This document shows, piece after piece, positions 13,787-27,591 of a stretch of 64,000 bases of DNA; position 1 is the first letter of the stretch, and each line of letters begins with the position of its first letter. Origin of the DNA: Cenococcum geophilum (lineage: Eukaryota); assembly GCA_050273025.1 (NCBI GenBank), contig CP158636.1:5580001-5644000 (forward strand), read 5' to 3'. The notes below the pieces were generated by a model. It worked only from the letters and a program-made list of their open reading frames with translations, was not told the DNA's origin and ran no database searches. A program made the translations under genes and the position numbers.

Positions 13787-14429
13787 TCTAGGGAGCTAGA
13801 AGAGAACTTAGGATAATAACGGCGGGAAGGATATAAAGAGTAATATGGGGTTAAGGAGACAGGAGGGTAGAGAATAAGAGAAACGGAGCCTGGATTAAAC
13901 GGATTAGAGGTAGAAGCTATGGAGTATATATAACTTTAGTGCCAGGCGTATAGAAGGATTATAGTCTGCCTATTAAAAAGCGAGGGGTATAGGGCGGTAA
14001 GTGAGAGGCTTAACGTTAGACCGGCAAGCAAGAGGCTTAGGGCGGCGGGGAGTTTTAGCAACGCGACCTCTAAAAACGGCGACAGAACCCTCTAAAACCG
14101 GCAGTCAGATCTCTATTTTCTTTTTTAATAGAGTAATAGATTATAACCGAATAACCCCTTGAAATCTAGATTATAGATTAGTATTAATTAACTGCTAGCC
14201 TAAAAGGGATAGAAACTAAAATTACTAGGCTTTATAAATTGGGCTGTCTTTACTATAATACGCTTGTCTATTTTAGAGATTATAATTATTAAAAGTCTAT
14301 CTTATTTAGCTATAATATATAATATCGCAATATACCGTATTTTACCTAGTGCTATAGCAAAATTGTAAATATTAAAGGCCTATAGCTACTACCGCTCTTA
14401 ACTTCTATTTAGTATCCCTATTTAAGGGT

Positions 14430-17400
14430 TTCACTACTAATAAAGTCTATAATATCCGTCCTTACTACCTTTTTTATATTTTAACGCCACCAACATCCTC
14501 TCTACTATTATTATCCTCGTTATTATTACCAGCACTGCCCTAGCCGTTATTATTAGCGCCCTCTCTATCGGCCTTATTTTACGCTTTAGTATAATTACTA
14601 ATACTACTAATATTTACTACACCCGTAAAGTTAGGGATAGTAATATTAAAGTTAACGTTTATACTATATAAAATAGGCGTATAATTGGCTGTATGCTAAT
14701 AGTAGACATGTTATATAGTTTCGTTAACGTTAAATGGGGTAATAAGTTACTAAAAGTGCTCTTTTTACTTAGGATTCTTAAGGTTAATAAATACCTTATT
14801 ATCCTTATACTACTTTTTAATTTTATAATACGCGGTATTTATAAAGGTTTTGTTACCAGTATAATAATTATAGACTACCTAAAGACTACTAACGATAATA
14901 AGGCCCGCTTATAATTTAGTAATTATAAAAAGGTTCCTTACTATATCCTAGACAAATTTTAGCAGACTAGTAACTGTTATATTATATACTAATAACTCTA
15001 CCTAGCCGCCTTAGATGCTATTAACGGTAAAGACCTTAATTTCGCTAACTACTAGCGTAAATTCCCGCCACTTACTATCATCTTACTAGGTATAGCACTA
15101 TTCTTTAAGCGTATATAGCGCTGTGGAGTAAATAGTAAGTTAGGCTATATATAAAACGGTAAGGCTAACCTCTTATAGCTTAAATCTAAAGCTTATTAAT
15201 GCTATAGCCACCTAGAATACGCGTTAAGCGTAGACTAGGTTATACGTTAATTAGCTAAGCTCGTTTACCTATATAGTACTATTAACGGCAAGGATGGCGA
15301 TAAGGTAGTTATAGTGTAGCATATTCTTAAAAAAGCTCGCCGCCAGCTTTAACTACTTTTAGTTCTTAACTATTAGGCTTATCTAAAGCTAGCTATATAG
15401 TAGGATAGTATTTATAAGATATATAATGTCTTTAACAAATTAATATTGCAGCGAGAACTACACTATATCTATACTAGCCGCGAGGAGACGCGTATAGAGG
15501 GAGATGGATTTTTAATAGTAGAATAGATTATCGAAATTAGGATTAAGAATTAGTTTTAGTTATTATATATTACTAAGAAGAACCTAAGGTATAGGGTTGC
15601 TAGCCTAAATCTATAGATCTCCCTAGATTAAATATAGTCTATTTTAGGCGAACCTAATAAAATTACCTAGCTTAGACGCCTTCTTAGCCTTATTATAGAA
15701 AACTGTGTATATAGCGCTAATAGAATATATATAAGTTTGTAAGACTATATTAGGTATTATAAGAATTATATTAGCCTTTTTAGCCAGGTTTATGATAACT
15801 ATATTAGCCGTAAGTATTAATCCCATCTTATTATTTTACGTTATATTATTACTAAGCGTAAATTAGTATAAGTATTAGCGGAATTCAGCGTATTTAGTTA
15901 TATTAGGGTCTATAATAGAATATAAGTTTCCGTTACCATCTAGAATACCTATAAGGTGTAATAACTACTAACCTTTAGACAAATTTATAACCTATAACTG
16001 CTTATTAAAGCTAGTAGTATTACTAGCCTTAAATATACGGTAGAGTAGGAATGCTATATTTAGCATAGACGCGTTCTTATTAATTATAGCATAGTTATCC
16101 TATTCCTTAAAATACTTAGGATAAGTATTAATACCTACCGCTATTTACTATATAACGGCATTCTGTTTATAGACCTTAGTTTCCGTTAAGTATATATAGC
16201 GGCGAAGGACAATAGGAAATTTAGTGGGACGGCCTTGTATAATTAGTGCCTTATAGTCCTCTATAAGCGCATTATTAATTATCTTAGCTAGTATATCTAG
16301 TTAGTGATTAAGTAGCGATAGGACCTAAATTCTAGTAGGATCCTGCTAGGGTGACCTAAGTTAATACTAGTATTGTACTAAAATAGTTAGGAAGGTTAAT
16401 TTCCTAACGCTACTGGGGCCTTATATTAGTAAAATACTGCCTATTATATATTTAAGCGCAGTATAGGCACCTGTTTACTCTTTATTAAGTAGCGGTAAGA
16501 TGGCCTTAAGGCATTATTAACTAAGTTCTTCCTATACTTAGTAATTAATACGCGGAAGATCTGTAAAGTTATTAAATAGCGGAATTTGGCGCTTAATATA
16601 GAAACTATCGCCTTCTTACTATAGGTAGTATAGAGTATTAATCTCTTAGGAGATTCTAACCTTAGGGACACGCTTAGTTATAAGATATTTAATGCCCTAT
16701 ACTATAATTAGGGCTTTACTTAGGTTACTAACTATTATAAAGTTATTACTGCTTAGAATATGCTTTAGAGTAAATACGGGGTTCGGTATAAACTTATAAC
16801 CTACCTATAGTTAAAAATAAAAGTATAGTAGTTATAGCCGGAGCTAAAGGGAGTAATATTAATAATAACTTCTTTCTAGCTAGCCTAGCTATCTACGTCT
16901 TTACCTAAAAATAAGATATTAATAATAGAGTTAGTATAAAGGGTAATACTATTAACCATCTAAATAGTAGCGTAGTAGACTCGGTCTATACTACCTAGAA
17001 AGATAATAAAATAAATAATAGTAGGTACCTAGGGGTTCTAATTAACGGCCTTAAGGCTTATAACTACGGCATAGAACTAAACCGTAAAATACTTAAGAAC
17101 GCTATTAAACTAATACCTCATGGAGATTTTATACAATAGTTGGTTCTCTACTAAGAGCTATATACTAAGCTAGATATTTATATTATAGTTCTTCCACTAG
17201 TAACCTAAAGGATTATTAATGCTCTACTATTATAGGCTTGCGTTTAGGCTCGCGATATAACTATTAAGCTATTTAATACTTAGCGTAAAGAAGTAGATAA
17301 CGACTATAGGACTATTTAATAGCATATCCTAAGCTTTATAGATTTGCGGCGTAAATAGGCTAAAGTCCCTATTAATAAAGAAGTACTTACTAAGTAATAT

Positions 17401-18700
17401 ACATATACCTAGTATAAGTTTATTAGAGGCAATAACAAACCTAATATAGTAAAGTTATAGGGTTATAGCATCTTGTAGAAGAATATAAGTAAAATACTTA
17501 AGTATAGTTAGATATAATAGTTATTAAGTAACTAAAGAAGTAGTATTAGTAGTATTAACCTTAATATTGCTAGTAATATTAGCATCTATAAATTGGATGG
17601 ATGCCGTCTTATATAAATAATAAGTAGGCATTCTACTAGTTTTATAAAACACCTAGAACGCAATGCCATATACTATAATATACTCTTTAATAATTTATAT
17701 AATAAACTAAACTATAAGGTAGTCGTTATTTGGAAGCTAGAGTATATTTAAAGGTTTAGCTATTATAGAATTGCTATCCTCTATATAGGTGTTTAGATTA
17801 TCTACTAGGCTATTTGCTACCAGATAAAAGCTAGCTGTATTAAGAGGTTTAGGCGATAGAGAAGTAGTAGCTGCACTTAAAGCGGCAGTATTTAGTATAT
17901 CTACCTTACCCGGAGTAGTTACGGCGTCTATTACCTAAATTAAAGTAGGTCTACTTATATAATTATTAATATTATACCCTATAACTTTATAGTTCTTATA
18001 TACCTAACTATAGAAAATAGTTTAATAGTCTAGGAAGCTATAGTTTAGGTAAGTCCGCTTTTTCTTACCTAATAGCTAGGGATAGTCTTGCTTTCTATAG
18101 CTTATAGCACTATATTAGTTGCATATTATACTAAAATAGTTACTCTTAAGATAACTAGCTTCCCTATAATTATTATATATAGGGTTAGAGTAGTTAGCTT
18201 TAAGATAACCGGCCTTACTATAGCTATAATAAAGTTAAAAAGCTTTCTTAAGAGGATAATCGGCGCGTATATAACCGGTAGATAAATAGAGATAGTATTT
18301 TAAAGTGTTATTAGCTAAGAGGTATAGACTACTAAGCTTTAAAAAAAAAAGAGGCTTATTAAGTATAGGGTCCTTATTATTACCTTATAAGACACTAAAG
18401 CCCATAGTTATTATAGTTAAGGTAATCTTAAAAACTATAATACCCTTAGCAAACTTTTTGTAGTTATAGATATAGTTAATATTACAAGTTATAAAATAAT
18501 TAGTAGGTAGGTCTATTTTAGTAGTAGGCTATATTAAGCAGTAGTCTATATAAACGTATTAGTAAATATAAATTCTCTATTATATAGCTAAGGCCAAAAA
18601 TAAGGTAGCTAATTTACTACGTTATAAGGCTCTACAGCTTAGATAAATTTGCGAAGGCATTAGTTATAGAAGTAGATACTAGTAGGGTAAAAGTAAGGGT
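14430..18700 (-). pseudogene. Superfamily 1 helicase, Upf1/DNA2/NAM7-like (AAA_11/AAA_12), RIP relic
   Basis: Motifs in the correct order on the minus strand: LLI(Q)GP(GG)V(G)K(S)TFL at about 16435-16395; A(D)(V)IL..PN and VF.(DE)A at about 15780-15670; GD(P)(Q) at about 15625; SLYTRLLAA(G)....FSLQ.(R) at about 15505-15445; VFTV(D)SI(Q)GG(Q) at about 15035-15000. Ends approximate. Confidence 0.78.
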
Positions 18701-18877
18701 AGGTAGTTAGTAAAATTAGGTTAACTAGTAAAGGTAAGGAAATAAGGTATACCCTAATAAAATTATATAAGTAAGGCCTTAGCGGTAAAGTATATAGTTA
18801 TATATTTTGCAAGTTAAACACGTATAAGGGTAAATCTATAGTAATAAGACCAACCTATAAAGGAAGACGCGGTATAG

Positions 18878-20107
18878 TATAAGTTATAGGGACTACCCTA
18901 CTTAGCCTATCTCTTAATATAGGCTAGGTAATAGTCTAGTACTATTAAGCTTTTATAGTTTATAATATAAGTATATAAATATATAGAAGGGTAAAGGGAA
19001 AAAAGTAAGTAGTAAAGTAAAAGTACTTTACTCTAGGTAGGCTAATTATGTTATAGGTAAACGGAAACTTAAATACTATAATCTATTAAAAATATCACTA
19101 ATAAGCATAGCTTACTATTACTAGAAAGTATAAGTCTTTTCCTCCCTTAATTAGTAAAAAAAAAGGCATTATTAACTAAATAATCTCTTACTAGAGTACT
19201 AGGTAGGGAGTGGGATATTATAAAACTATATATAGTTTTAAACAGATCTAAAATAAAGATATTAAATTTAAGAGACTTTAATATAATAAATGCTATAGTA
19301 GAATACTAACCTCTTATATAATACTAAATAGATAAATAGTAAAATAAGTTAACATTACTAAGTGGCTAGATACTGGTATATATAATATATCTACTATTCT
19401 AAAATATCTTAAAATGCCGTAAAATGCTATAAAATGCTATTAATTATATAAACTTATAATATAAGATATAAAACCTCCTACTACCTTTTACGGTAGATAT
19501 GCGTTTAAATAAGCACTAGATATTTATATATAGATATAAATTCCGCATATTAGATAATTATTATTTTAAATAAACTTATTTAGTAGGCCCTTAAGTGCTA
19601 TATAATATAATAATAACACTAATAATTATAAAGTAAGTATAATACGTCATTATCTACTAGAAGTACTACCTATTATATACTAAGCACTTTATAGTAATAG
19701 AGTCCGCATATATAGATATAGGCTAGCCCTTTAACTTTAGTAGCGCGTATATCTACTAACTTTATATAATAATAAAAAATATAGTAACGCCTATAATAAG
19801 TGTAATATATTGCCGTCTACTAGAAATATTACCTATTATATAACAAACACTTTATAGTAATAAAGCCCGTATATATAAATATAGGCTAGCCCTCTAACTC
19901 TAGCGGCGCGTATATATACCGACTTTATATAATAATAAGAAATATAATAACGCCTATAACCTCCTATATTTTACTATACTATAATAACTAGTTACCCCTT
20001 TACAGGCATTTAATAAATCGCTTATATTAAAAACTATAAAAGTTTAGCAGTACTAAACCACTACCTAGCCCTAAATAGGCTGGGTAGGGTAGTCCCTATA
20101 AGTTATA
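18878..20107. repeat. 33-bp inverted repeat pair (18878-18910 and 20075-20107) in the spacer between the divergent helicase genes
   Basis: TATAAGTTATAGGGACTACCCTACTTAGCCTAT versus the reverse complement TATAACTTATAGGGACTACCCTACCCAGCCTAT: 30 of 33 identical. Confidence 0.85.
19685..19960. repeat. Direct duplication of about 110 bp, period about 163 bp
   Basis: CACTTTATAGTAATA...GGCTAGCCCT...AACGCCTATAA occurs at about 19685 and about 19848; differences are transitions. Confidence 0.85.
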
Positions 20108-20744
20108 TAATTGTACCCTTATTTAACTATATAGTACTAAGTCTAGCCGTATTTACCCTAACTAGTAGTAGTAAACTATAGCTAATTTTACCTCTATATA
20201 GGTATATGCGGGCAATTATAAGATCTACCTCTTTACCTCTTTTTAATTAACTTTACTTATCCTACCTTCTATTTCTTTTATAACTAACTTCTAACTATAT
20301 CTAATACTAAAGTTATACTAATATAGCGCTAGCCAGCTACCGTATAAAGCCCTCTTACTTTAATAGTTACCTTCTACTTAATATATACCGTAATATTATA
20401 TATACTTAACTAAATAAGCGACTTAATAATAATATAACTATAGGTAAAGCTAAACGTATAGTATAAGGCAAACCTAAAGCTAATTAAAGATATAGATATT
20501 ACCTAAGGCTTTAGAATAAGTATTAAAAACTATAATAGACTAAAAGAGAGTGTTAAAGATATTGTGATTAAAGTTAAGCCTAAGCACGTAATATATTACG
20601 GTAACTCTATAATAATAAAAGGAGGGCACATTAAGAAGTTTTATAAGTAACTCTCGCAATTTACTAATACTCTACTAAATTAGAAACTGTAGGTAATCCT
20701 AAAAATTATAAGAAGTGCTTATTCTAATTATATAAGAAGGGTAC

Positions 20745-23700
20745 TGTCGGGAATAAGGCAAGTTGCCATTACGTACGGCAAACTGCCGTCACGTGTCGCC
20801 GCGGCACTAGCGTGGCGAGGAGCCTTAAGTTCCTTGCCCTCCTTTATTCCAATTAATAAGCTTTATTAACCAACATTACTATAACCTACTTGAGTAGTCA
20901 TTATTAGTGAGTTACCCTGTATAACTAATACTAATTAGTGGTTAAATATATAGTTAACTATAGAGTAGCTAGGTTTTCGAATAGAAGAGATAGTCTTATA
21001 TAGGGGTGCTATATGCGTTTATATGGAATGGATCCCGGCGACACTGTACTACCTTAAACTTGTGGAAAACTAGTAACAGAAGTGTTACTAAGTACTAGGA
21101 GATACTAAGTTACGTCTATTATGCAGAATAATCGCGTTTACAAAGATTTGGTTATATTTTAGGTTAGAAGTGTTACTAAACCTAGGGTCCTAAGTTAACG
21201 TCCGAAACGCGTTAAACGACGTCTAAAATATGTCAAACAACATCTTAAATTGCCTACCTCTTAATAGTAAACCTACGAGATCCTATAAAACCAAAAATCC
21301 TACTTACCTTCGACGTACGACACCCCGTCGATTCTATACCTACTATGGCGTTAACCTACCTAAAGAAGTACAAGAACGACATTAACCTAGAGATATAGAA
21401 TAGAGACATTAACCCTGTAACCGCTAAGCAATAGGACCTAAACGGATTCCTATTATACTGTATAGTATACTATAAAGACAGCGAATATAATAATACTATG
21501 CTATAGTACTGTATAAAGGAGGACTTTATTAGATAGATAAAGAAAATATAGGTTCCTATAAATAAAGATATTGTATAAAACTTTTATAACTTCCTTTAGG
21601 AGAATGGAGTATTTGTCCCTATAGATGGGGGAGTTATTAGAGATAATATTTAGGAGTATGTTATTGACGTAAAAGAAGAGCACGAATGGACTCTATAAGA
21701 GATTAAGCACTAACTACGCACTATAAGGAAGCTTAACTTACGATAGAATCTAAGTAATACACCTCTAAAGACGAATCTACCTTTGCCCTTAACTCCTCTG
21801 TATCTAATTTAACCTATAGCTTTAACGTTAAATACTACACCCCAATAAAAGTAGGTATAGGATCCTATTGCTTTATAATTTAATAACCTTTAAACTCTAC
21901 TAATTAGACCTACGTCCCTACTATAGCCTATAATGCAACTCCTACCCCCTTTATCTTAATCTTAAATTAGAGGCAGTTTAAAATTGCTTATAGAGCTTGC
22001 GAAGCTCTATTTAGATTAGGAGAAGAAGTTTAGTAGGGAACTATATAATGTCCTTAATTCGAAACTATATATCTTCTATAACTATTACTAGAAAGTAGAA
22101 ATAGAGTCTAATTAATACTATAACGTTTATTCCGTTATGCTTAAGGGCCAAGCTAGTACCTTCTATTATAACCGTTTAGTAGGAAAAGGATATAATTTTG
22201 ACCGTATAATATATAAGTTAAGATACCACTTTAAAATAGAAGAGAATAAGTAGCAGTATATATTAGAATAGAGAGAGACTACCTTTTTAAGGATTATTGC
22301 TATAAACCCAAGTGTTCCTCGGCTTGATTATCTTTAAAAGCTTTTTAATTAACTTTAGATGATTTAGTGTGGTTTATCCAAATTATATTAAGAGGATTTT
22401 AGCCTATATAATTAAGTTATTAGCGTATACTAAGGCGTTAAAGAATATAACCTTACTCTCTTTAATCCTATAAATACTTATAAAGGAGTATATGCTTAAT
22501 TAAGATCTTCTATTAGCACTGCTCTACGCTCTTAAAAAGTATAGTAATTTAACGCCTAACTTTAACCTACTTTAATTAACCCGCCCGACTAATATAATTA
22601 TAACTAAACTAATTAAATATATAGTGGCCGGGGTAGATAATATAGTAGAGGGTATAATTAACGACTATAAAGTAAAGGTGGAGGCCCTTATAGAGGTTTA
22701 TTTCGAAGTAATTATTAAAAAAAGTGCTACGTTTATAAGAAACCGAATTGCTAGTTAACTAGGCATTCTCTTAATAAGCAAAAGAAGGCATATAATAAGT
22801 TTCGCCAAAGTATAAGAAATTTTAAAAATTATAAGGTTACTATGGCCTACTTCTAAAGCTTCCTAGTTTAATATAAAGGCGTAGAAGATCTTAAGGGTGA
22901 GGTTAATAAGGCCGAATAGCTCCTTATAAATATAGAAATTGAGAACTACTTACCTAACTAATACTTTACTAAGTATGGTAAGGTAGATGGTATATAAACC
23001 GTTACTATTCTTAATAACTAATCTACGCTCTACTCTATCACGAAGTTAGATATCTTTAATAAGCTATAGGAGAGTTTTATATTCTCCTTTAATAACAGAT
23101 ACTTAGTGAACGTCTTCTATGGTATTATACCAGATACTAGAGCCGCAGAAGTATCTATAGTAGGAGAACCTTAAGTTCGAGCCCTTTAGTAACTTAATAG
23201 CTCTATTTAGATTAACTATTTAACGGCAGGCTAATACACGATTTATTTTAGTAAGGGTACTATAATCTTTTTTAGCATAATTAGGGTCTAAACCCCCTTG
23301 GGGTATATTACTTTCCACATTATTTTTATAAATACCCTATTTCTATTTTACATCGGAGATATAGATAAATTAGGTATTAAGCTTAATAACCTTAAGAATA
23401 TACTCGTTTAGGGAGATAATTAGGTGCCTGTTATACGCAAGTAGGGTTACCCCTAATTACTCCTTTATTAACTAGAAAAGAGTATTACTTAGAGCCACTT
23501 AACTAAGTTAGAGTTACGTTAACTATACCATCGCTTTAGCCACCTATCTATTTACTAATTACTTAGGGTCCTTTAGCAAGCAGGCTATAAAGTTAAGGTT
23601 AAAGCAATTAAGTATCTTATAAAGTACTGCTATTACTACTAAATAAACCAAAAGTTTCCTAGCCGATTTAAGTTTAGCCTTAAAGATAACTATAACTTTA

Positions 23701-26700
23701 ACTTTTGTATTATTGTTAACGTTATATATCTTAGCGGTAAGCTAGTACTCTAAGTTATTAACTTCTTAACCTTCTTCTAAGCCGCACGTTTCTTAAAGGA
23801 TATATTAGCTAGGAACGCATAGGATACCCTTTAATTATGCTAGATTAATATCTACTTAGAACCCCCTAACTAAATCGTCTATAATATAAAAAAGAACTTC
23901 TTATCTATAGAGTTTTGATAATAGATAAAGGCAATAGCAATTAAGGTTAAGGAAGTCCCTATTAAGGCATATAATAGTATTAGAAAAGTAAAGCGGTATT
24001 ACGCGCTATTACGCCGCGTATATAAGATTATCTCTTTAAAACTAGAGGACGCTAGCAAAGAACTTACCTTATAAATAGCTATTAAAGCTATTAATAATTC
24101 CGCTAGCCTAGATAGACTTATACCTATATTACTAGTTATTAGCGCCTACCCTTAAATAACTAACGATTTTTTACTATTTCCCTCTATTATATAATAAGCT
24201 AAGGCTATTTATAAGGCAATAAAGGAGGTACGACATCTCTATGCTATATGCTAGGTTAATAATATATTAGGAATAAGAAATAGCCTAAATACCTTAACTA
24301 TGCTTAATCTGCTACTCTAGTCTAAGGTATATATATAGCGTAAAAAGGGAGGGTGGTTAGGCCTATATTAACTTATTATAATTAATAGTTAAACTTATAC
24401 TATTTAGATGCCTTACAGACCCACTTAATTCCATTTAACTATTATTAAGCCTTATTATAAAGATAACAGTTCCGAACCTTTATAGGATGCTATAAAACAT
24501 ACCCTAAAGAAAAACTATAATTAATGTGCTCTAGAAGGCGACCATAATCCTAATATAATTATAGTAGATACGCCGTAACCACGACGCGGTAGAGGTCGCC
24601 TAAAGGGATTACAAAATTGCTAATATCTTGTTAATTTTAAAGAGCAATTTATTGCCGCTATTAAGAATAGAGTTAAGCTATTAATGGCCTTTATAATAGC
24701 TAAGGAGAAGGCTAACTTTAAACTCGCAAAACAACTCTAAAAGGAAGGTTGTATTATAACTTTAGGAGCTCCTTTCTAAGCATTTAATAAGTAGGAGATT
24801 AATAGTCTTATTATAAGAGGAGTCTTTAAATTTAAGAAGTATAACTCTACTAAGTTTAATGGAGTTCGTATCTTTAAGTTAAAAATAGTTAATAAGATTA
24901 AGGGCAAAGCTACTAACGCCCCATTTAAGAAATTAAGGCTTATTATTTAAGGTTACAACGATAATAGCAAGGAGGTAATTCTTATACAATCTCCTATAAT
25001 TTAACGAGCTAGTTAGCGAGTTATTATTACGCTAGCTCCCTCTTTAATAAAGAATAGAATGGCGGTTTATTTATAAGATATTACTTAAGCCTACACTTAA
25101 TTAGAGACGCCCCTTTAGCGCTTAATACTAGTATACCTTTTAGAGTAAATTCGCTACTAATATCCCGAAGATATAATTATGGTTATGCTTAAGCCATTAT
25201 ATGGAATTATAGAGGTAGGAACTTATTAGTAGGCTACCTACAGCAAGTACTATAAAGAGAAGCTTTTAATAACTACTTCTATATTTAACCTATACTTCCT
25301 TATTATAACTATAGGAACTCTATTTAGAATTATTAGTATATAAACTAATAATATAATTATTTTAGGAGATAACTAATTCTTAGCTCTTAAAGAAGATAAA
25401 CTAGTAAAGGCAAATCTTATAGTAAAGCTAAAGGAAAAGCTTAACTTAATAACACTATTACTCTTTAATAAATGCATCCTCTCCCTAAACGAGGATTCTA
25501 TTACTTTACGCCAGAAGGGTTAAGGTAAGAAAATTAACGTTATTAACGTTAATTCTCTAAAGTAAGGATATATAGAGTAACGCGCTTATAGAGCTTATAT
25601 TGCTTCTATCTATTAACCTAAGGCTTTATTTAATCTCTCTGTTACCACCTAATACTAGGAACTAACTAAGGATGACGTTCTTACCCTAAATAAACGTTTT
25701 TCTTAGTAAATAAACCATCTTAACTAGGGACTATACTACGTGCCTATTAATCTTCCCACCGCTAAGCTCTTTATATTTATTAATAAATCGTTTATAAATA
25801 ATAAAGATTTTAGCTCCTAGCTAAAATATAAGATTATTATCGCGAATAAATCTACTAGAGAGAATAACTTTACGATTTATAGTAATCTTATCTATTAAAG
25901 CTTAACTAAGAGTAAGCGCGTTACTTAAAGCGTTCTAGCGTTAGAGATATATAGAATAGTTAGCGGAGTTAATATAGTAATTATAATTGGAACTACCCTA
26001 AAGATAATTATAGATCGACTTAAACTTCCCGTTATCCCTATAATCGTATATACCGACTTATATTCCCTCTATAAGTGTTTAGTTAAGCTTAGTACTATAA
26101 AGGAGAAGCGCCTTATAATTAATATTATAGCACTTTATTAATCCTATAAACGGTAAGAACTCTTTAAGATTTAATAAATTAATAGTTAAGATAACCTAGT
26201 AGATGTAATAATAAAGGCAAACCTAAATAAGGCTCTAGAAACGTTTATTAATATAAACACTCTACGTATATAAGTTAAAGGTTAGGTTAAAAGGGAGTAA
26301 GGATATAATATTCTGCAGACCCTAATTTTAACTAGCTAATTAGGATTTTCTATACCCAGTATAGAAAATCGCTATTGGCTCGCTTATAGCTAGCGCCTTA
26401 GCGGCCCTAACGGCCCTAATATAATGTCTATCCACGACTTCTTAGCAAGAAAGCACCGCGTGCTAAAGAGGCAAATTTTGGAACAGCGAGACTTATATCG
26501 CAATGGCAATAGTAAGTAAGGAGGATTTATATTTATTACGATAGTTAAGCAGTATTTATATATAGATGGCAACCACAAAAGAAGAGTTACTAGTGTTGGG
26601 AATAAGGCAAGTTGCCATCACATACGGCAAACTGCCGTCACGTAATGGCAAGTTGCCATCACGTGTCGCCGCGGCACTAGCGTGGCGAGGAGCCTTAAGT

Positions 26701-26800
26701 TCCTCGCCCTCCTTTATTCCAATCAATAAGCTTTATTAACTAATATCACTATAACCTACTCGACTAGTCGTTATTGGTGAGTCACCCTATGTAACTAATA
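20745..26800 (+). mobile_element. Ty1/Copia LTR retrotransposon, GalEa-like, full length, RIPed (copy 1)
   Basis: LTRs at 20745-20930 and 26594-26800; 5-bp TSD GGTAC. gag-pol from ATG 21345 to about 26300, with integrase before RT: L(H)HRF(G)H, DIT(Q)AYT(Q), KPLYGI, (Q)T(DD), and RNase H DN(P)(A)D(A)(M)(T)K. Confidence 0.95.
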
Positions 26801-27591
26801 GGTACTAAGTACCTCTAAAAGTAGGCATACTCTATATAAATATATATTACCCCTAAAGACTAAAGTATAAGACAAAATAACGCTACCTTAGCTATTATAT
26901 ATAATATAGCCTATAGACGTTACTATAACCCTACTATATAGTATCCCTTTGCCTTAGCTAGTAACCCTAATAGTAAGTAATATAATTAATATAAAAGATA
27001 TTAAGATTGAAATCTAATCCATAGCCTTAATAGGTAAGTTAATAGTTAGGGTAGTTTAAGTCTTATATCTAATAAGCGGAAACCTATATATAGCTCTAGG
27101 CAAGCTATAGAAGGAACTATAAGCCTATATAAAGCTTAATATCAATAGTCCGCCTAAAAAGAATATCTATATATTACTATAGAGATATAAAAACCTTATA
27201 ATATAATTAGAGAGCATACTTATTATAGCTCTTAGCAAAATAGCAAGAAATAGTATAAAGGAGGCCGTATTTATAGTATTACTCTTACCTCCTAGCTTAA
27301 ACTCCTAAGTCGCTACTACTAATAATATACCGCTAGCTATTAAATCTAAGGCGCCTAGATATAACGGACGCAGCGTAAAAAATAGCTAGTAAGTTCTAAT
27401 ACCGTATAAGGCTAGCGGTAAAAGTAAACTAAAAGAAAGTAAGAAGCGGAGTTATTTAGGATTAGTAATATATAGCTCTAATAAAGATAGTAAGGGCGAG
27501 CCTATTAAATATAAGAAATTAAATAATAATAAGACTAAATCGGGTAGATATAATAAGTAGCCTTAACTAAAATTAGTAATAAGTGCCTTAG

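Larger units (their letters stand above)
1..14136 (-). mobile_element. Relic Starship-like giant transposon (5' portion; continues beyond the left edge)
   Basis: A captain gene followed downstream by a series of uniformly RIPed non-TE gene relics. The 5' boundary is only a candidate (TTAC on the minus strand at 14136-14133). Confidence 0.62.

Noticed and set aside
14430..18700. Helitron (Pif1) or telomere-linked RecQ helicase
   Set aside because: The motifs (QGP..GKS, DEA, GDP.Q, TVDSIQG) are Upf1/DNA2-type. No Rep domain or RecQ motifs were seen.
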